From positions 24,466 through 88,465 of the forward strand of contig JBGSRW010000008.1 in NCBI GenBank assembly GCA_041737355.1: a DNA stretch of 64,000 bases, given 5' to 3'. A model generated the notes under the pieces. It worked only from the letters and a program-made list of their open reading frames with translations. It was not told the origin of the DNA and searched no databases. Shown here piece by piece: positions 1 to 8,226 of the stretch. The stretch is from Patescibacteria group bacterium. GTDB taxonomy: Bacteria; Patescibacteriota; Patescibacteriia; XYB2-FULL-38-15. Position 1 is the first letter of the stretch. Each line of letters opens with the position of its first letter. Position numbers and translations under genes: made by a program.

Positions 1-234
1 AAAAAGTTTGCCGGCCTAGCATTAAAAATTTTTGTTTACCGTATTCAAAAATATATCGGAGCCTACTCGGCAGTCCTCGGCAAAACTGACGGGGTAGTTT
101 TTACCGGCGGAATAGGGGAGCGGAACCAAACGGTGAGAAATTTAATCGTTAAAAATTTAAAAATTCCTAGTAAGCCAAAAATCTTGGCAATTCCGACCAA
201 CGAGGAATTGATGATCGCGAGAAAAATAAAATAA
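1..234 (+). CDS. ackA: Acetate/propionate kinase, C-terminal fragment (5' end outside window)
   Basis: Frame 1 translation ...VVFTGGIGERNQTVRNLIV...ILAIPTNEELMIARKIK* matches the conserved ASKHA-family C-terminus of acetate kinases (IPTNEELMIA). Stop TAA at 232-234. Confidence 0.55.
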   Translation, partial: KKFAGLALKIFVYRIQKYIGAYSAVLGKTDGVVFTGGIGERNQTVRNLIVKNLKIPSKPKILAIPTNEELMIARKIK

Positions 235-237
235 AAA

Positions 238-1866
238 ATGATTAAAAATTTGCTGAACGGAGAATCTAAAACAATTACCGGGGCTGCTCTTCTTTTGGGA
301 GCAGCTTCTTTGGCGTCCCGTTTTTTGGGAGTTATCCGCGACAGGGTTCTGGCCGGACAATTCGGGGCGGGCGATACTCTCGATGTTTATTACGCCGCCT
401 TCCGTATCCCTGATTTTATTTTCAATCTCCTGATTTTGGGCGCTCTCTCGGCCGGCTTCATTCCAATTTTTACCGCGGCGCTTTCTTCAGCGAAAGAGAG
501 GGGGGATAATTTTGGCAAGGCGTGGGATATCGTGAGCGGACTGATAAACATAATGGGCATTCTTTTAATTTTTCTTTGCGGTTTGTTTATCGTTTTAAGC
601 CCTTTTATTGTTCCGGTTATCACTCCTGGTTTTGGCGCGGAAAAAATGGCACTGACCGTGACAATGACCCAGATCATGATGCTTAGTCCGCTTTTTTTGG
701 GTTTGAGCAATATTTTCGGCGGAGTTCTCCAATCCTTCAAAAGATTTTTTATTTATTCCCTGGCTCCTATTTTTTATAATCTCGGTATTATTCTCGGAGC
801 TTTATTTTTTACCAAATGGTGGGGAATTTGCGGTTTGGCGGTCGGGGTAATTCTTGGGGCGATCGCCCATATGCTGATCCAGCTACCGGCTGTTGTTTCC
901 CTGGGTTACCGTTACCGGTGGATTTTCAATCTTGCCGACCAGAATGTCCGGCAAATCGGCCGGCTTATGATTCCCCGGACTCTCGGTCTGGCCGTTTCTC
1001 AAGTCAATCTGGTGGTGATGACAGTTATTGCCTCGACTCTTGTTCCGGGAAGTCTCGCCGTTTTTAATCTTGCCAACAATCTCCAATATTTTCCGATCGG
1101 AATCATCGGTATTTCTTTTGCCGTCGCCGCTTTTCCGGTTTTGGGGGAATGCGCGGCCGGCGGGCGAAAAGAGGAAATGGTTAAAAATTTTTCCCACTCC
1201 GTCCGGCAGATTTTGTTTTTTATCGTTCCAGCCGCTGTTCTGCTTTTGGTCTTGCGTGCCCAAATTGTTCGCGTTATTTTTGGATCGGGTGAATTTGATT
1301 GGGAGGATACGATTTTGACCGCCGATACTTTGGCTTTTTTTGTTACGAGTTTGTTTGCCCAAGCCCTGGTTCCGCTTCTTGCCAGATTTTTTTACGCGTT
1401 GCAAGATACTAAAACGCCCTTTTTTATTGGTTTATTTTCAGCCGTAGTTAATGTTTTTTTAGCAATATATATGGCCGAAAGATGGGGCGTGATCGGCCTG
1501 GCCGCGGCTTTTTCGGCTTCCAGTATTTTAAATTTTTGTCTTCTTTGGATTTTGCTGCGGGTAAAGTTCGGTTCGCTTGATGAGAAAAGGATTCTCGGTT
1601 CGGCATTTAAAATCAGCGTGGCCGCGGTTCTGATGGCGTTCAGTATCCAGGGCATGAAAGCCGCTCTCGCGCCATTCGTTGATATGCAGACTTTTTTGGG
1701 TATTTTTGGTCAAGGTTTGGGAGCCGGCTTGGTTGGCCTTATTGTTTTCGTTATTTCCGGATTTCTCCTCGGTTCAAGGGAAATGTTCGCGGTCCGCGAC
1801 GCGGTGAAGTACAAATTATTCAAAATAAAAAGGCCGATTATTAATGATGAGGAGGGGCAAAGGTAA
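238..1866 (+). CDS. murJ: Lipid II flippase MurJ (MviN family)
   Basis: 542 aa multi-TM protein. N-terminus AALLLGAASLASRFLGVIRDRVLAGQFGAG...YYAAFRIPDF is the MurJ/MviN signature. Confidence 0.85.
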   Translation: MIKNLLNGESKTITGAALLLGAASLASRFLGVIRDRVLAGQFGAGDTLDVYYAAFRIPDFIFNLLILGALSAGFIPIFTAALSSAKERGDNFGKAWDIVSGLINIMGILLIFLCGLFIVLSPFIVPVITPGFGAEKMALTVTMTQIMMLSPLFLGLSNIFGGVLQSFKRFFIYSLAPIFYNLGIILGALFFTKWWGICGLAVGVILGAIAHMLIQLPAVVSLGYRYRWIFNLADQNVRQIGRLMIPRTLGLAVSQVNLVVMTVIASTLVPGSLAVFNLANNLQYFPIGIIGISFAVAAFPVLGECAAGGRKEEMVKNFSHSVRQILFFIVPAAVLLLVLRAQIVRVIFGSGEFDWEDTILTADTLAFFVTSLFAQALVPLLARFFYALQDTKTPFFIGLFSAVVNVFLAIYMAERWGVIGLAAAFSASSILNFCLLWILLRVKFGSLDEKRILGSAFKISVAAVLMAFSIQGMKAALAPFVDMQTFLGIFGQGLGAGLVGLIVFVISGFLLGSREMFAVRDAVKYKLFKIKRPIINDEEGQR

Positions 1867-3644
1867 TGCGGGAAAAAATTAGAAATTTTTGTATTATTGC
1901 TCATATTGATCACGGAAAGTCGACTTTAGCCGACCGTCTTTTGGAATTTACCGGAACGGTAGCTAGGCGGGATATGAAAGATCAAATGCTTGACATGATG
2001 GATCTTGAACGCGAAAGGGGAATTACCATCAAGCTTCAGCCGGTGCGCATGGATTACAAAGAACATATTTTAAATTTAATTGATACGCCAGGACACGTCG
2101 ATTTCAACTATGAAGTCTCTAGGTCACTTGCCGCCGTGGAAGGCGCGCTTCTTTTGGTTGATGCGACGCAAGGTGTCCAGGCCCAGACGCTCGGTAATTT
2201 ATATTTGGCACTGGAACAGAATCTAACAATCATTCCGGTAGTCAATAAAATTGATCTTAAAAATGCCGAAGTGGAAAAAACCGTCCAGGAAATTACCGCC
2301 CTGATCGGCTGCAAAAAGGAGGAGGTAATTTTGGCTTCGGGGAAAAGCGGGGCCGGAGTTCCGGAAATTTTGGAAGCAGTTGTTAATAAAGTTCCTTCGC
2401 CAAAAGGAGAAATAAGTAAACCGCTGAGGGCGTTGATTTTCGATTCAAAGTACGACGACTACAAGGGAGTCGTCGCTTATGTCAGAGTTGTGGACGGCGA
2501 AGTAAAAAGGGGGGATAAAATATATTTGGCGGCCACCAAAATCGAAAGCGAAGTTTTAGAGGTTGGATATTTTAAACCAAAGTTTGTTCCGGCCGGAAAA
2601 TTATCAGCCGGGGAAATCGGTTATATTGTGACCGGGCTCAAGGAAATAGAAAGATGCCGGGTCGGCGATACTATAACGGTTCACGATCCGGATCTGACAG
2701 TCCAAAGTTTACCGGGGTATAAAGAAGTTAAACCGATGGTTTTTGCCGGAATTTTTTGCAAGGAAGGGGACGATTTTCCGAAACTGCGCGAAGCAATTTT
2801 AAAATTAAAATTGAACGATGCGGCTCTGACTTTTGAAACCGAGCAGTCCAAGGCGCTCGGCTTCGGTTTTCGCTGCGGTCTTTTGGGTTTGTTGCATCTT
2901 GAAATTGTGGAAGAGCGTCTGCGGCGAGAACATAATCTTGACGTGATTGTTACCGTGCCGTCGGTAGCGTACCGTATTACCAACAATAAGGGAGAAGTGT
3001 TGATTATTAAAAGTCCGTCGGAATTGCCCGACATGAGCCATATCAAATTGATCGAAGAGCCGTGGATTAAAATTGATGTGGTTTCTCCGAGCACCTACAT
3101 CGGCGGTATCATGCAAATGGTGCAGGAAAAGAGGGGAGTATATATCGACACGGAATATTTGGATGCCGACCGGGTTATCTTGCATTATGAAATTCCTCTC
3201 TCGGCAATTCTTGTGGATTTTTACGATAAATTAAAAAGTGTGAGCTCCGGCTATGCTTCATTGAATTACGAATTTTTCGGATATAGGGAGGCCGATGTTT
3301 TGAAAATGGATATTTTGGTGGCGACCGAACCGGTTGAGGCGCTCGCGACAATCGTCTACCGCGACACGGCCCAGGATGTCGGGCGGAGAATTGTCCAGTC
3401 TTTAAAAAAAGTTTTGCCGCGCCAGATGTTTGAAGTTAAAATCCAGGCGGCGCTTGGCGGGAAAATTGTCGCCTCGGAACACTTGCCGGCGATGAAAAAG
3501 GATGTGACAGCCAAGCTTTATGGGGGAGATGTAACAAGAAAGAATAAATTGCTTGAAAAACAGAAAAAGGGCAAGAAAAAGATGAAAGCGTTGGGCAAAG
3601 TTGACATTCCACCTGAGGCATTTTTAGCGGTTCTGAAGAAATAG
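1866..3644 (+). CDS. lepA: Elongation factor 4 (LepA)
   Basis: N-terminus IRNFCIIAHIDHGKSTLADRLL with GTPase motifs, 592 aa, LepA-specific C-terminal domain. TAATG overlap with the murJ stop. Confidence 0.95.
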   Translation: MREKIRNFCIIAHIDHGKSTLADRLLEFTGTVARRDMKDQMLDMMDLERERGITIKLQPVRMDYKEHILNLIDTPGHVDFNYEVSRSLAAVEGALLLVDATQGVQAQTLGNLYLALEQNLTIIPVVNKIDLKNAEVEKTVQEITALIGCKKEEVILASGKSGAGVPEILEAVVNKVPSPKGEISKPLRALIFDSKYDDYKGVVAYVRVVDGEVKRGDKIYLAATKIESEVLEVGYFKPKFVPAGKLSAGEIGYIVTGLKEIERCRVGDTITVHDPDLTVQSLPGYKEVKPMVFAGIFCKEGDDFPKLREAILKLKLNDAALTFETEQSKALGFGFRCGLLGLLHLEIVEERLRREHNLDVIVTVPSVAYRITNNKGEVLIIKSPSELPDMSHIKLIEEPWIKIDVVSPSTYIGGIMQMVQEKRGVYIDTEYLDADRVILHYEIPLSAILVDFYDKLKSVSSGYASLNYEFFGYREADVLKMDILVATEPVEALATIVYRDTAQDVGRRIVQSLKKVLPRQMFEVKIQAALGGKIVASEHLPAMKKDVTAKLYGGDVTRKNKLLEKQKKGKKKMKALGKVDIPPEAFLAVLKK

Positions 3645-3766
3645 ACTTAAAAGTTTAAAAGAGAAAAATCACCTGAGAATGGTGATTTTTTGTTTATTTA
3701 TGACAATTTATTTTGGCTAAAATAAGCCAAAAGATAGGATTATTTTAGAAATAGTGTCAAAAGCCC

Positions 3767-3795
3767 TTGACAAAATCTAAGATACGTGTTATACT
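3767..3795 (+). promoter_or_regulatory. Sigma70-type promoter, TTGACA-17-TATACT
   Basis: TTGACA at 3767-3772, 17-nt spacer, TATACT at 3790-3795. Lies in an AT-rich stretch directly upstream of the high-GC island. Confidence 0.5.
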
Positions 3796-3859
3796 TACTT
3801 GTTAAGCTGAAATAGGCTTAAAATAAAAAAAGTGCTTGTCGTGTCAAGTTCTTTACAAA

Positions 3860-4044
3860 GTGCCAGAGAAATTTGGAGGAGGAAGTCTTCGCGGACCATT
3901 TATTGGTAACCGCGTGACTCGGTGTTCGGTTGAGTTAAAGCTCGGTTTTCCCGTTTGGGACTACTAAGATTCAACTCGCCAAAACGCCATTGCTGTTCCA
4001 ATGCTAATTGGAGCGGCGCGCTCACCTCCAAATTCCTCTGGCAC
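3860..4044 (+). other. About 185-nt stem-closed structured element (candidate cis-regulatory leader or small RNA) upstream of ORF 4131
   Basis: GTGCCAGAGAAATTTGGAGG (3860-3879) is reverse-complementary to CCTCCAAATTCCTCTGGCAC (4025-4044) with one mismatch over 20 bp. Internal local hairpins are present (CGCGGACC...GGTAACCGCG). No ORF on either strand. Lies between the promoter at 3767 and the RBS at 4117. Confidence 0.3.
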
Positions 4045-4130
4045 ATCTCCGTGAAAAATCGGAGGGCCAAAGGTCAGACTGTGGATGTTCCCGGTCTGAT
4101 TTTAGTAAACGCAAATAAGGAGGTTTTCTG

Positions 4131-5384
4131 ATGGAGAACGGCAGCAAGGAGATTGTGGTTGGCAAGGAGCCGACGGCTACGGCCGAGGCGTTCCTCGAGC
4201 CGCCGAGCGAGGACGACGAGTGGTTGCTCCTGGATTTCAATCCGGCGGCGACCGAGTCCGCGCCGGCCGTGCCCGAGACGCCGAAGCCCAAGCCGCCGCG
4301 CGTCTGCGCGATCTGCCAGCACCCCTCCGGGAATTCGGTGGGCAAGATCAAGCGCGGGCGGATCGCCGAGGTCGAGCACGAAGGGATGAAGCTGCTCACG
4401 CTCGAACCAATCTGCGAACCGTGCGGCGAGAAGTTGCCGCCCGAGGAGCGGAAGAGGCTCTTCAAGGCGGGGTACCTCATCTCCCTGATCGGCGAGAAGA
4501 ACCGCGAGATGCGCGAGTTCGAGGCGGCCAAGGCCTACTGGGCTGCGGTCTTCGCCGGTACGGCAGAGCGGATGCCCGAGGCTCGCAAGACGCCCGAGGA
4601 GATGCTCTCCTGCGGGGTGCCCGGCTGCCCCCGCTGTCACGATCAGGTCGGCCACAAGGTCGGCCACTTCGTGGCGATGACGATCGGCGGCATGCCGACG
4701 CTTCTCGGGGTCTGCTCCTTCCAGGCCGCGGCCTTGGCACAGTGCGGGGTCGAAAAGAAGGGCATCGTCGTGACGACGAAGTTCTCCGTGGCCGCCCCGA
4801 TCGTCGAGGCGGAGAACGCCAGGCTCCAGGCCTTCGAGAAGGCCAAGAGTTTCTGGCTCGCCGTGGCCGAAGGCGAGGCGGCGGTCGAGGCGCGGGCCGA
4901 GAAGACCGAGCGCGGCGACATCTACCGCTGCGGCGTCCCCGGCTGCAAGTGCCGGGAGCACGGCGACCGGCCGGTCGACTACTTCGTGGTCTTGGACGGC
5001 CAGCCCGAGATGCCCATCGCGGGTGTCTGCCGATACCAGTATGCGGCGCTCCGGACCTCCGGGGTGAAGATCTTCGCCGCGAACAACAACGACGGGATGG
5101 GCCTCGCGCGGTGCGCCAAGCACCGCAACTGGCTCCTCGGCCAGGCCAAGAGGGCCATCCGCGACGTCCGGAGGCCGGACGGAATCGGCGGCGGTCTCTC
5201 CCGTTTCCGCTCGCCCGAAGAACAGGCGCGGATCCGCGAGGAGAAGCGCCGGACGTTCGAGGAGCGCGAGGCCAAGCGCCGCTCCCGGCAACTCGAGCGG
5301 GCCAAGGCCTCCTCCAGCAAGGCCGGCTGCGGCAAGAAGGCCAGCAGCAAGAAGGGCGGCAAGGGCGGCGGCAAGAAGCACTAG
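4131..5384 (+). CDS. Hypothetical high-GC Cys-rich protein with N-terminal zinc ribbon, two tandem CxxxxCxxC...C modules and a Lys/Arg-rich C-terminal tail
   Basis: RBS AAGGAGG at 4117-4123, 7 nt before the ATG. High GC with GC-rich third codon positions. Zinc ribbon CAICQHP...CEPCGEK. Duplicated module CGVPGCPRCHDQ...GVCSFQAAAL and CGVPGCKCREHG...GVCRYQYAAL. Tail KKASSKKGGKGGGKKH. Antisense and alternate-frame ORFs are Arg/Pro-rich artefacts. Confidence 0.6.
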   Translation: MENGSKEIVVGKEPTATAEAFLEPPSEDDEWLLLDFNPAATESAPAVPETPKPKPPRVCAICQHPSGNSVGKIKRGRIAEVEHEGMKLLTLEPICEPCGEKLPPEERKRLFKAGYLISLIGEKNREMREFEAAKAYWAAVFAGTAERMPEARKTPEEMLSCGVPGCPRCHDQVGHKVGHFVAMTIGGMPTLLGVCSFQAAALAQCGVEKKGIVVTTKFSVAAPIVEAENARLQAFEKAKSFWLAVAEGEAAVEARAEKTERGDIYRCGVPGCKCREHGDRPVDYFVVLDGQPEMPIAGVCRYQYAALRTSGVKIFAANNNDGMGLARCAKHRNWLLGQAKRAIRDVRRPDGIGGGLSRFRSPEEQARIREEKRRTFEEREAKRRSRQLERAKASSSKAGCGKKASSKKGGKGGGKKH

Positions 5385-5407
5385 CTGGCCGGCCGCTCTC
5401 CCACCAA

Positions 5408-5542
5408 TTTGTTCTTTTCTTGGAGCAAGTAGTCTGTGCAATGCAGACACTGTTCGTCAATCACTCTAAGGTGAACGGCGACAGGATCTTGCTCCAAGTC
5501 CTTTTCCTCCAAATCAGCGTAAGTTGGTCTGGAGAAAAGGGA
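5408..5542. repeat. Direct repeat copy 1 (135 bp), 24 nt after the stop of ORF 4131-5384
   Basis: Near-identical to 6107-6236 apart from a 5-nt indel. Contains a 10-bp inverted repeat TTGGAGCAAG...CTTGCTCCAA, an inner GTCTG/CAGAC hairpin and a second CCTTTTCCTCCA...TCTGGAGAAAAGG stem. Confidence 0.9.
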
Positions 5543-5597
5543 ATTAGCTCTTTGGCAATTTCGGCGCATAGCGCCGTAGAAAGAAAGGAGATAGTTG

Positions 5598-5930
5598 ATG
5601 GTTCAGGTTCTGATGCTGGCCCTGTTCAGCGTCGCCAAGCGCGACGAACGCGAGGCGAGCGACGAGGGCAGTGAGACCGACGCGGTCGAGCTGCCCGAGG
5701 ATTCGGTCAACTGGCGGGCGGTTCGTTGGCTGGGCGTCGCGAAGATGCCGCGCCGTCGGGGTGGTCGGGCGGCCAACCGTTGCCTTGCCGACATCCCGCC
5801 GCCACCGGTTCGTTTCTCGCGCGAAGGGTTTGACGGACTTCATTCGTGGAAGCGTCAGACTCCGGCCCGCCGTCAGTGGGCCAAGCATCTTCGGAAATCT
5901 TGGGGGCGCGGAAAGAAGGTGGAGGTATGA
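5598..5930 (+). CDS. Hypothetical high-GC small protein (110 aa)
   Basis: RBS AAAGGAG 6-7 nt before ATG 5598. High GC with GC-rich third codon positions in the 5' two-thirds. Stop overlaps the next start (ATGA), indicating translational coupling. No recognisable domain. Confidence 0.35.
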   Translation: MVQVLMLALFSVAKRDEREASDEGSETDAVELPEDSVNWRAVRWLGVAKMPRRRGGRAANRCLADIPPPPVRFSREGFDGLHSWKRQTPARRQWAKHLRKSWGRGKKVEV

Positions 5931-6106
5931 AGAAGGAGTGTCGCAAGAGCGTGCCGGAGGTCAAGACGGGAGAGGGTGTTTACATCCTCCGCGTCATGCC
6001 CCAGCCGTCCGTCTGCGCGCACGAGGCGGTCCGTCCCTCCACCCGGCCGATCATACGCTCCGCCATCAAGATCGTCGGCCAGCACGGCCGCGACTGTCTC
6101 CCATAG
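5927..6106 (+). CDS. Hypothetical high-GC small protein (59 aa), translationally coupled to ORF 5598
   Basis: GGAGG 6 nt before ATG 5927. ATGA start/stop overlap with the upstream ORF. Stop TAG at 6104-6106 is immediately followed by repeat copy 2. Confidence 0.35.
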   Translation: MKKECRKSVPEVKTGEGVYILRVMPQPSVCAHEAVRPSTRPIIRSAIKIVGQHGRDCLP

Positions 6107-6236
6107 TTTGTTCTTGGAGCAAGTAGTCTGTGCAATGCAGACACTGTTCGTCAATCACTCTAAGGTGAACGGCGACAGGATCTTGCTCCAAGTCCTTTTC
6201 CTCCAAATCAGCGTAAGTTGGTCTGGAGAAAAGGGA
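6107..6236. repeat. Direct repeat copy 2 (130 bp), starting the nucleotide after the stop of ORF 5927-6106
   Basis: Near-identical to 5408-5542. Both copies diverge from each other right after ...GGAGAAAAGGGA. Confidence 0.9.
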
Positions 6237-6286
6237 TTCCAAAATTTTTTAGCCATTTTTACGGCTAGTCAGATCCCACGCAAGGG

Positions 6287-6316
6287 CACCGCCAGTTGGC
6301 GGTGTTTTTGTTTTTA
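6287..6316 (+). terminator. Rho-independent terminator closing the high-GC island
   Basis: CACCGCCAGTTGGCGGTG hairpin (7-bp stem) followed by TTTTTGTTTTT. Confidence 0.6.
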
Positions 6317-6319
6317 AAA

Positions 6320-6330
6320 TGTGCTATAAT
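6320..6330 (+). promoter_or_regulatory. Extended -10 promoter TGTGCTATAAT
   Basis: TGnTATAAT with no obvious -35. The same TGTGCTATAAT 11-mer recurs at 8644, 17284 and 26870, with close variants at 10271 and 16112. Confidence 0.4.
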
Positions 6331-6360
6331 AGTCCAATATTTATTTTACGTAATGTTTTT

Positions 6361-6459
6361 ATGAAAAAGAAAAATTTGCAGAAAATAGTATGGATAATTG
6401 TCTCAGCTATTGTAGTTTTTTCCATGGTTGTCTGGACAATCGGGCCAATGCTGTATTAG
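6361..6459 (+). CDS. Possible 32-aa hydrophobic micro-protein (MKKKNLQKIVWIIVSAIVVFSMVVWTIGPMLY)
   Basis: ATG 30 nt downstream of the -10 at 6325-6330. KKK followed by a single TM-like helix. No Shine-Dalgarno. Below the ORF-track length cutoff. Confidence 0.2.
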   Translation: MKKKNLQKIVWIIVSAIVVFSMVVWTIGPMLY

Positions 6460-6489
6460 CCGCGGAGTTTGTAATTTGTTATTAAAAGT

Positions 6490-8220
6490 ATGAAGTGGAA
6501 AGTCGCCGAACCGATCAGCGAAGAATTCAGAAATAAATTTCCGGAGATCGATCCGGTTATTTTGCAATTACTCGCTAACCGTGGGGTAAAAACCCAGGAA
6601 CAGATTGATGAATTTCTGTATCCAGATTACGGGCCTGATATTCACGATCCGTTTTTATTTTTGGATATGGAAAAAGCGGTCGAGCGGGTTTTCCGGGCGG
6701 TGGAGAAAGGAGAAAAAATTACGGTTCATGGCGATTACGACGCCGACGGAGTTTGCTCGGCATTGATCGTAGTCAGTACGCTCGAAGCCATGGGTGCTAA
6801 AGCCGAGGTTTATCTGCCGCACCGCGAACTCGAAGGGTATGGACTGAATATGCAAACAGTTGAAGAGTTGGGGAAAAGAGGGACAAATCTTATTATTACA
6901 ACCGACTGCGGCATCAGTAATCGGGAAGAGATAAAAAGAGCGGTTGAACTTGGAATGGAAGTAATTGTCACCGACCATCATGCCGAGCCGCTTAATTTGC
7001 CCGAGGCAGCTTTGGCAATTATCAATCCCCATTTGGCGCGAGAAAAGTATCCTTTTAAGGAATTGTCCGGGGCGGGAGTAGCTTTCAAATTCGTTCAGGG
7101 GATTTTACATAAAATAAAAACAACGGCGCCAAAAATAGAATTCAGGGAAGACCCGGAGGGATTTGAAAAATGGCTTCTGGATCTTACGGCTATTGCCACG
7201 ATTGCCGACATCATGCCCCTCTTGGGCGAGAACCGGACGATCGTAAAATACGGCTTGATTGTCCTGAACAAAACCAAACGGCTGGGATTGAAAAAAATGA
7301 TTGATTCGCTGGGCTTGAACAAGGCAAAATTGCTTGACGCAAGAAACGTATCTTTTCAGATTAGTCCGCGGCTGAACGCGGCCGGCCGGATCGACCACGC
7401 CAACCAGGCCTATGAACTTTTAAAAACATCGGACGGGAACGAAGTTGATAAATTGGTCGCGGCCCTGAATAAAACCAACGAAGACAGGCAAGCGCTTTCC
7501 GAGCGCGTAACGGCCGAAGCCAAGGAGAAAATAGGAGAAGAGGTTGGCGAAAGAAAAGTTTTGTTCGCCGTGGGTAAGGGTTGGCCGATAGGTATTGTCG
7601 GATTGGTAGCCGGGAAAATAGCCGATAATTTATGGCGGCCGACTTTTATTATGGCAGAAAAAGAGGGGAACATTATGGGGTCGGGAAGGAGTATTCCGGA
7701 ATTTGATATTATGGAAGGGCTCAGGGAGGCGAAAGAATTTTTGTCACATTACGGCGGACACGCCGGAGCCTGCGGATTTACCCTGAAAAATAAAAAAGAT
7801 CTGAAGAGGTTTGAAAAGACCCTGGAGAAATTTGCTGAAAAAAAATTAGCCGGCTCGGAACTTGTCCCAAGCCTGAATATTGACTCGGAAGTTAAACTGG
7901 AAAAAATAAATTGGGAGCTTTTCGAGCTCTTGGAAAAATTTTCACCATTCGGGAAGGGGAATGAGCGGCCGAGATATTTGGGGAGGGGTTTGACGGTCGA
8001 AAGCTTTGAAGGGGTGGGAAATAATGGAAATCATTTACGCATAAATTTGAGCCACGAAAACGGCCAAAAGAAAAAATTTATAGGTTTTTGTTTTGGAAGC
8101 TGGTGCGAGAAATTAAAAGCGGGAGATAAAATTGATGTAGTTTTTGAAATTGATGTTAATGAATGGAACGGGAACAGGGAACTGCAGATGAAAATTATTG
8201 ATTTAAAACATAGCGAATAA
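6490..8220 (+). CDS. recJ: Single-stranded-DNA-specific exonuclease RecJ (DHH/DHHA1)
   Basis: Core GDYDADGVCS...TDHH with DHH and DHHA1 motifs, 576 aa. Confidence 0.9.
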   Translation: MKWKVAEPISEEFRNKFPEIDPVILQLLANRGVKTQEQIDEFLYPDYGPDIHDPFLFLDMEKAVERVFRAVEKGEKITVHGDYDADGVCSALIVVSTLEAMGAKAEVYLPHRELEGYGLNMQTVEELGKRGTNLIITTDCGISNREEIKRAVELGMEVIVTDHHAEPLNLPEAALAIINPHLAREKYPFKELSGAGVAFKFVQGILHKIKTTAPKIEFREDPEGFEKWLLDLTAIATIADIMPLLGENRTIVKYGLIVLNKTKRLGLKKMIDSLGLNKAKLLDARNVSFQISPRLNAAGRIDHANQAYELLKTSDGNEVDKLVAALNKTNEDRQALSERVTAEAKEKIGEEVGERKVLFAVGKGWPIGIVGLVAGKIADNLWRPTFIMAEKEGNIMGSGRSIPEFDIMEGLREAKEFLSHYGGHAGACGFTLKNKKDLKRFEKTLEKFAEKKLAGSELVPSLNIDSEVKLEKINWELFELLEKFSPFGKGNERPRYLGRGLTVESFEGVGNNGNHLRINLSHENGQKKKFIGFCFGSWCEKLKAGDKIDVVFEIDVNEWNGNRELQMKIIDLKHSE

Positions 8221-8226
8221 TTTTTT

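Noticed and set aside
3890-3910. T-box-like sequence (UUGGUAACCGCG) inside the 3860-4044 element
   Set aside because: It is only a partial match to the T-box consensus, lies at the 5' rather than the 3' antiterminator position, and the downstream gene is not an aminoacyl-tRNA synthetase or amino-acid gene.
5414-5489. About 75-nt segment of the 130-bp repeat with an 8-bp terminal helix (GGAGCAAG/CTTGCTCC) that superficially resembles a tRNA acceptor stem
   Set aside because: There is no D-arm/T-arm arrangement, no GTTCRA T-loop at the correct position and no anticodon arm on either strand.
4074-5674. Long ORFs antisense to, or in alternate frames of, the 417-aa high-GC gene (4074-5450 minus, 4477-5460 minus, 4220-5674 plus) and similar Arg/Pro-rich ORFs over 5544-6154
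   Set aside because: These are typical stop-codon-poor artefacts of high-GC DNA. Their products are Arg/Pro/Gly low-complexity. The 4131-5384 frame has an SD, GC-rich third codon positions and a structured Cys-pattern protein.
5408-6236. Integron attC interpretation of the two repeats
   Set aside because: No RYYYAAC/GTTRRRY core sites at the repeat ends and no integrase in the window. Kept only as an architectural analogy in the findings.
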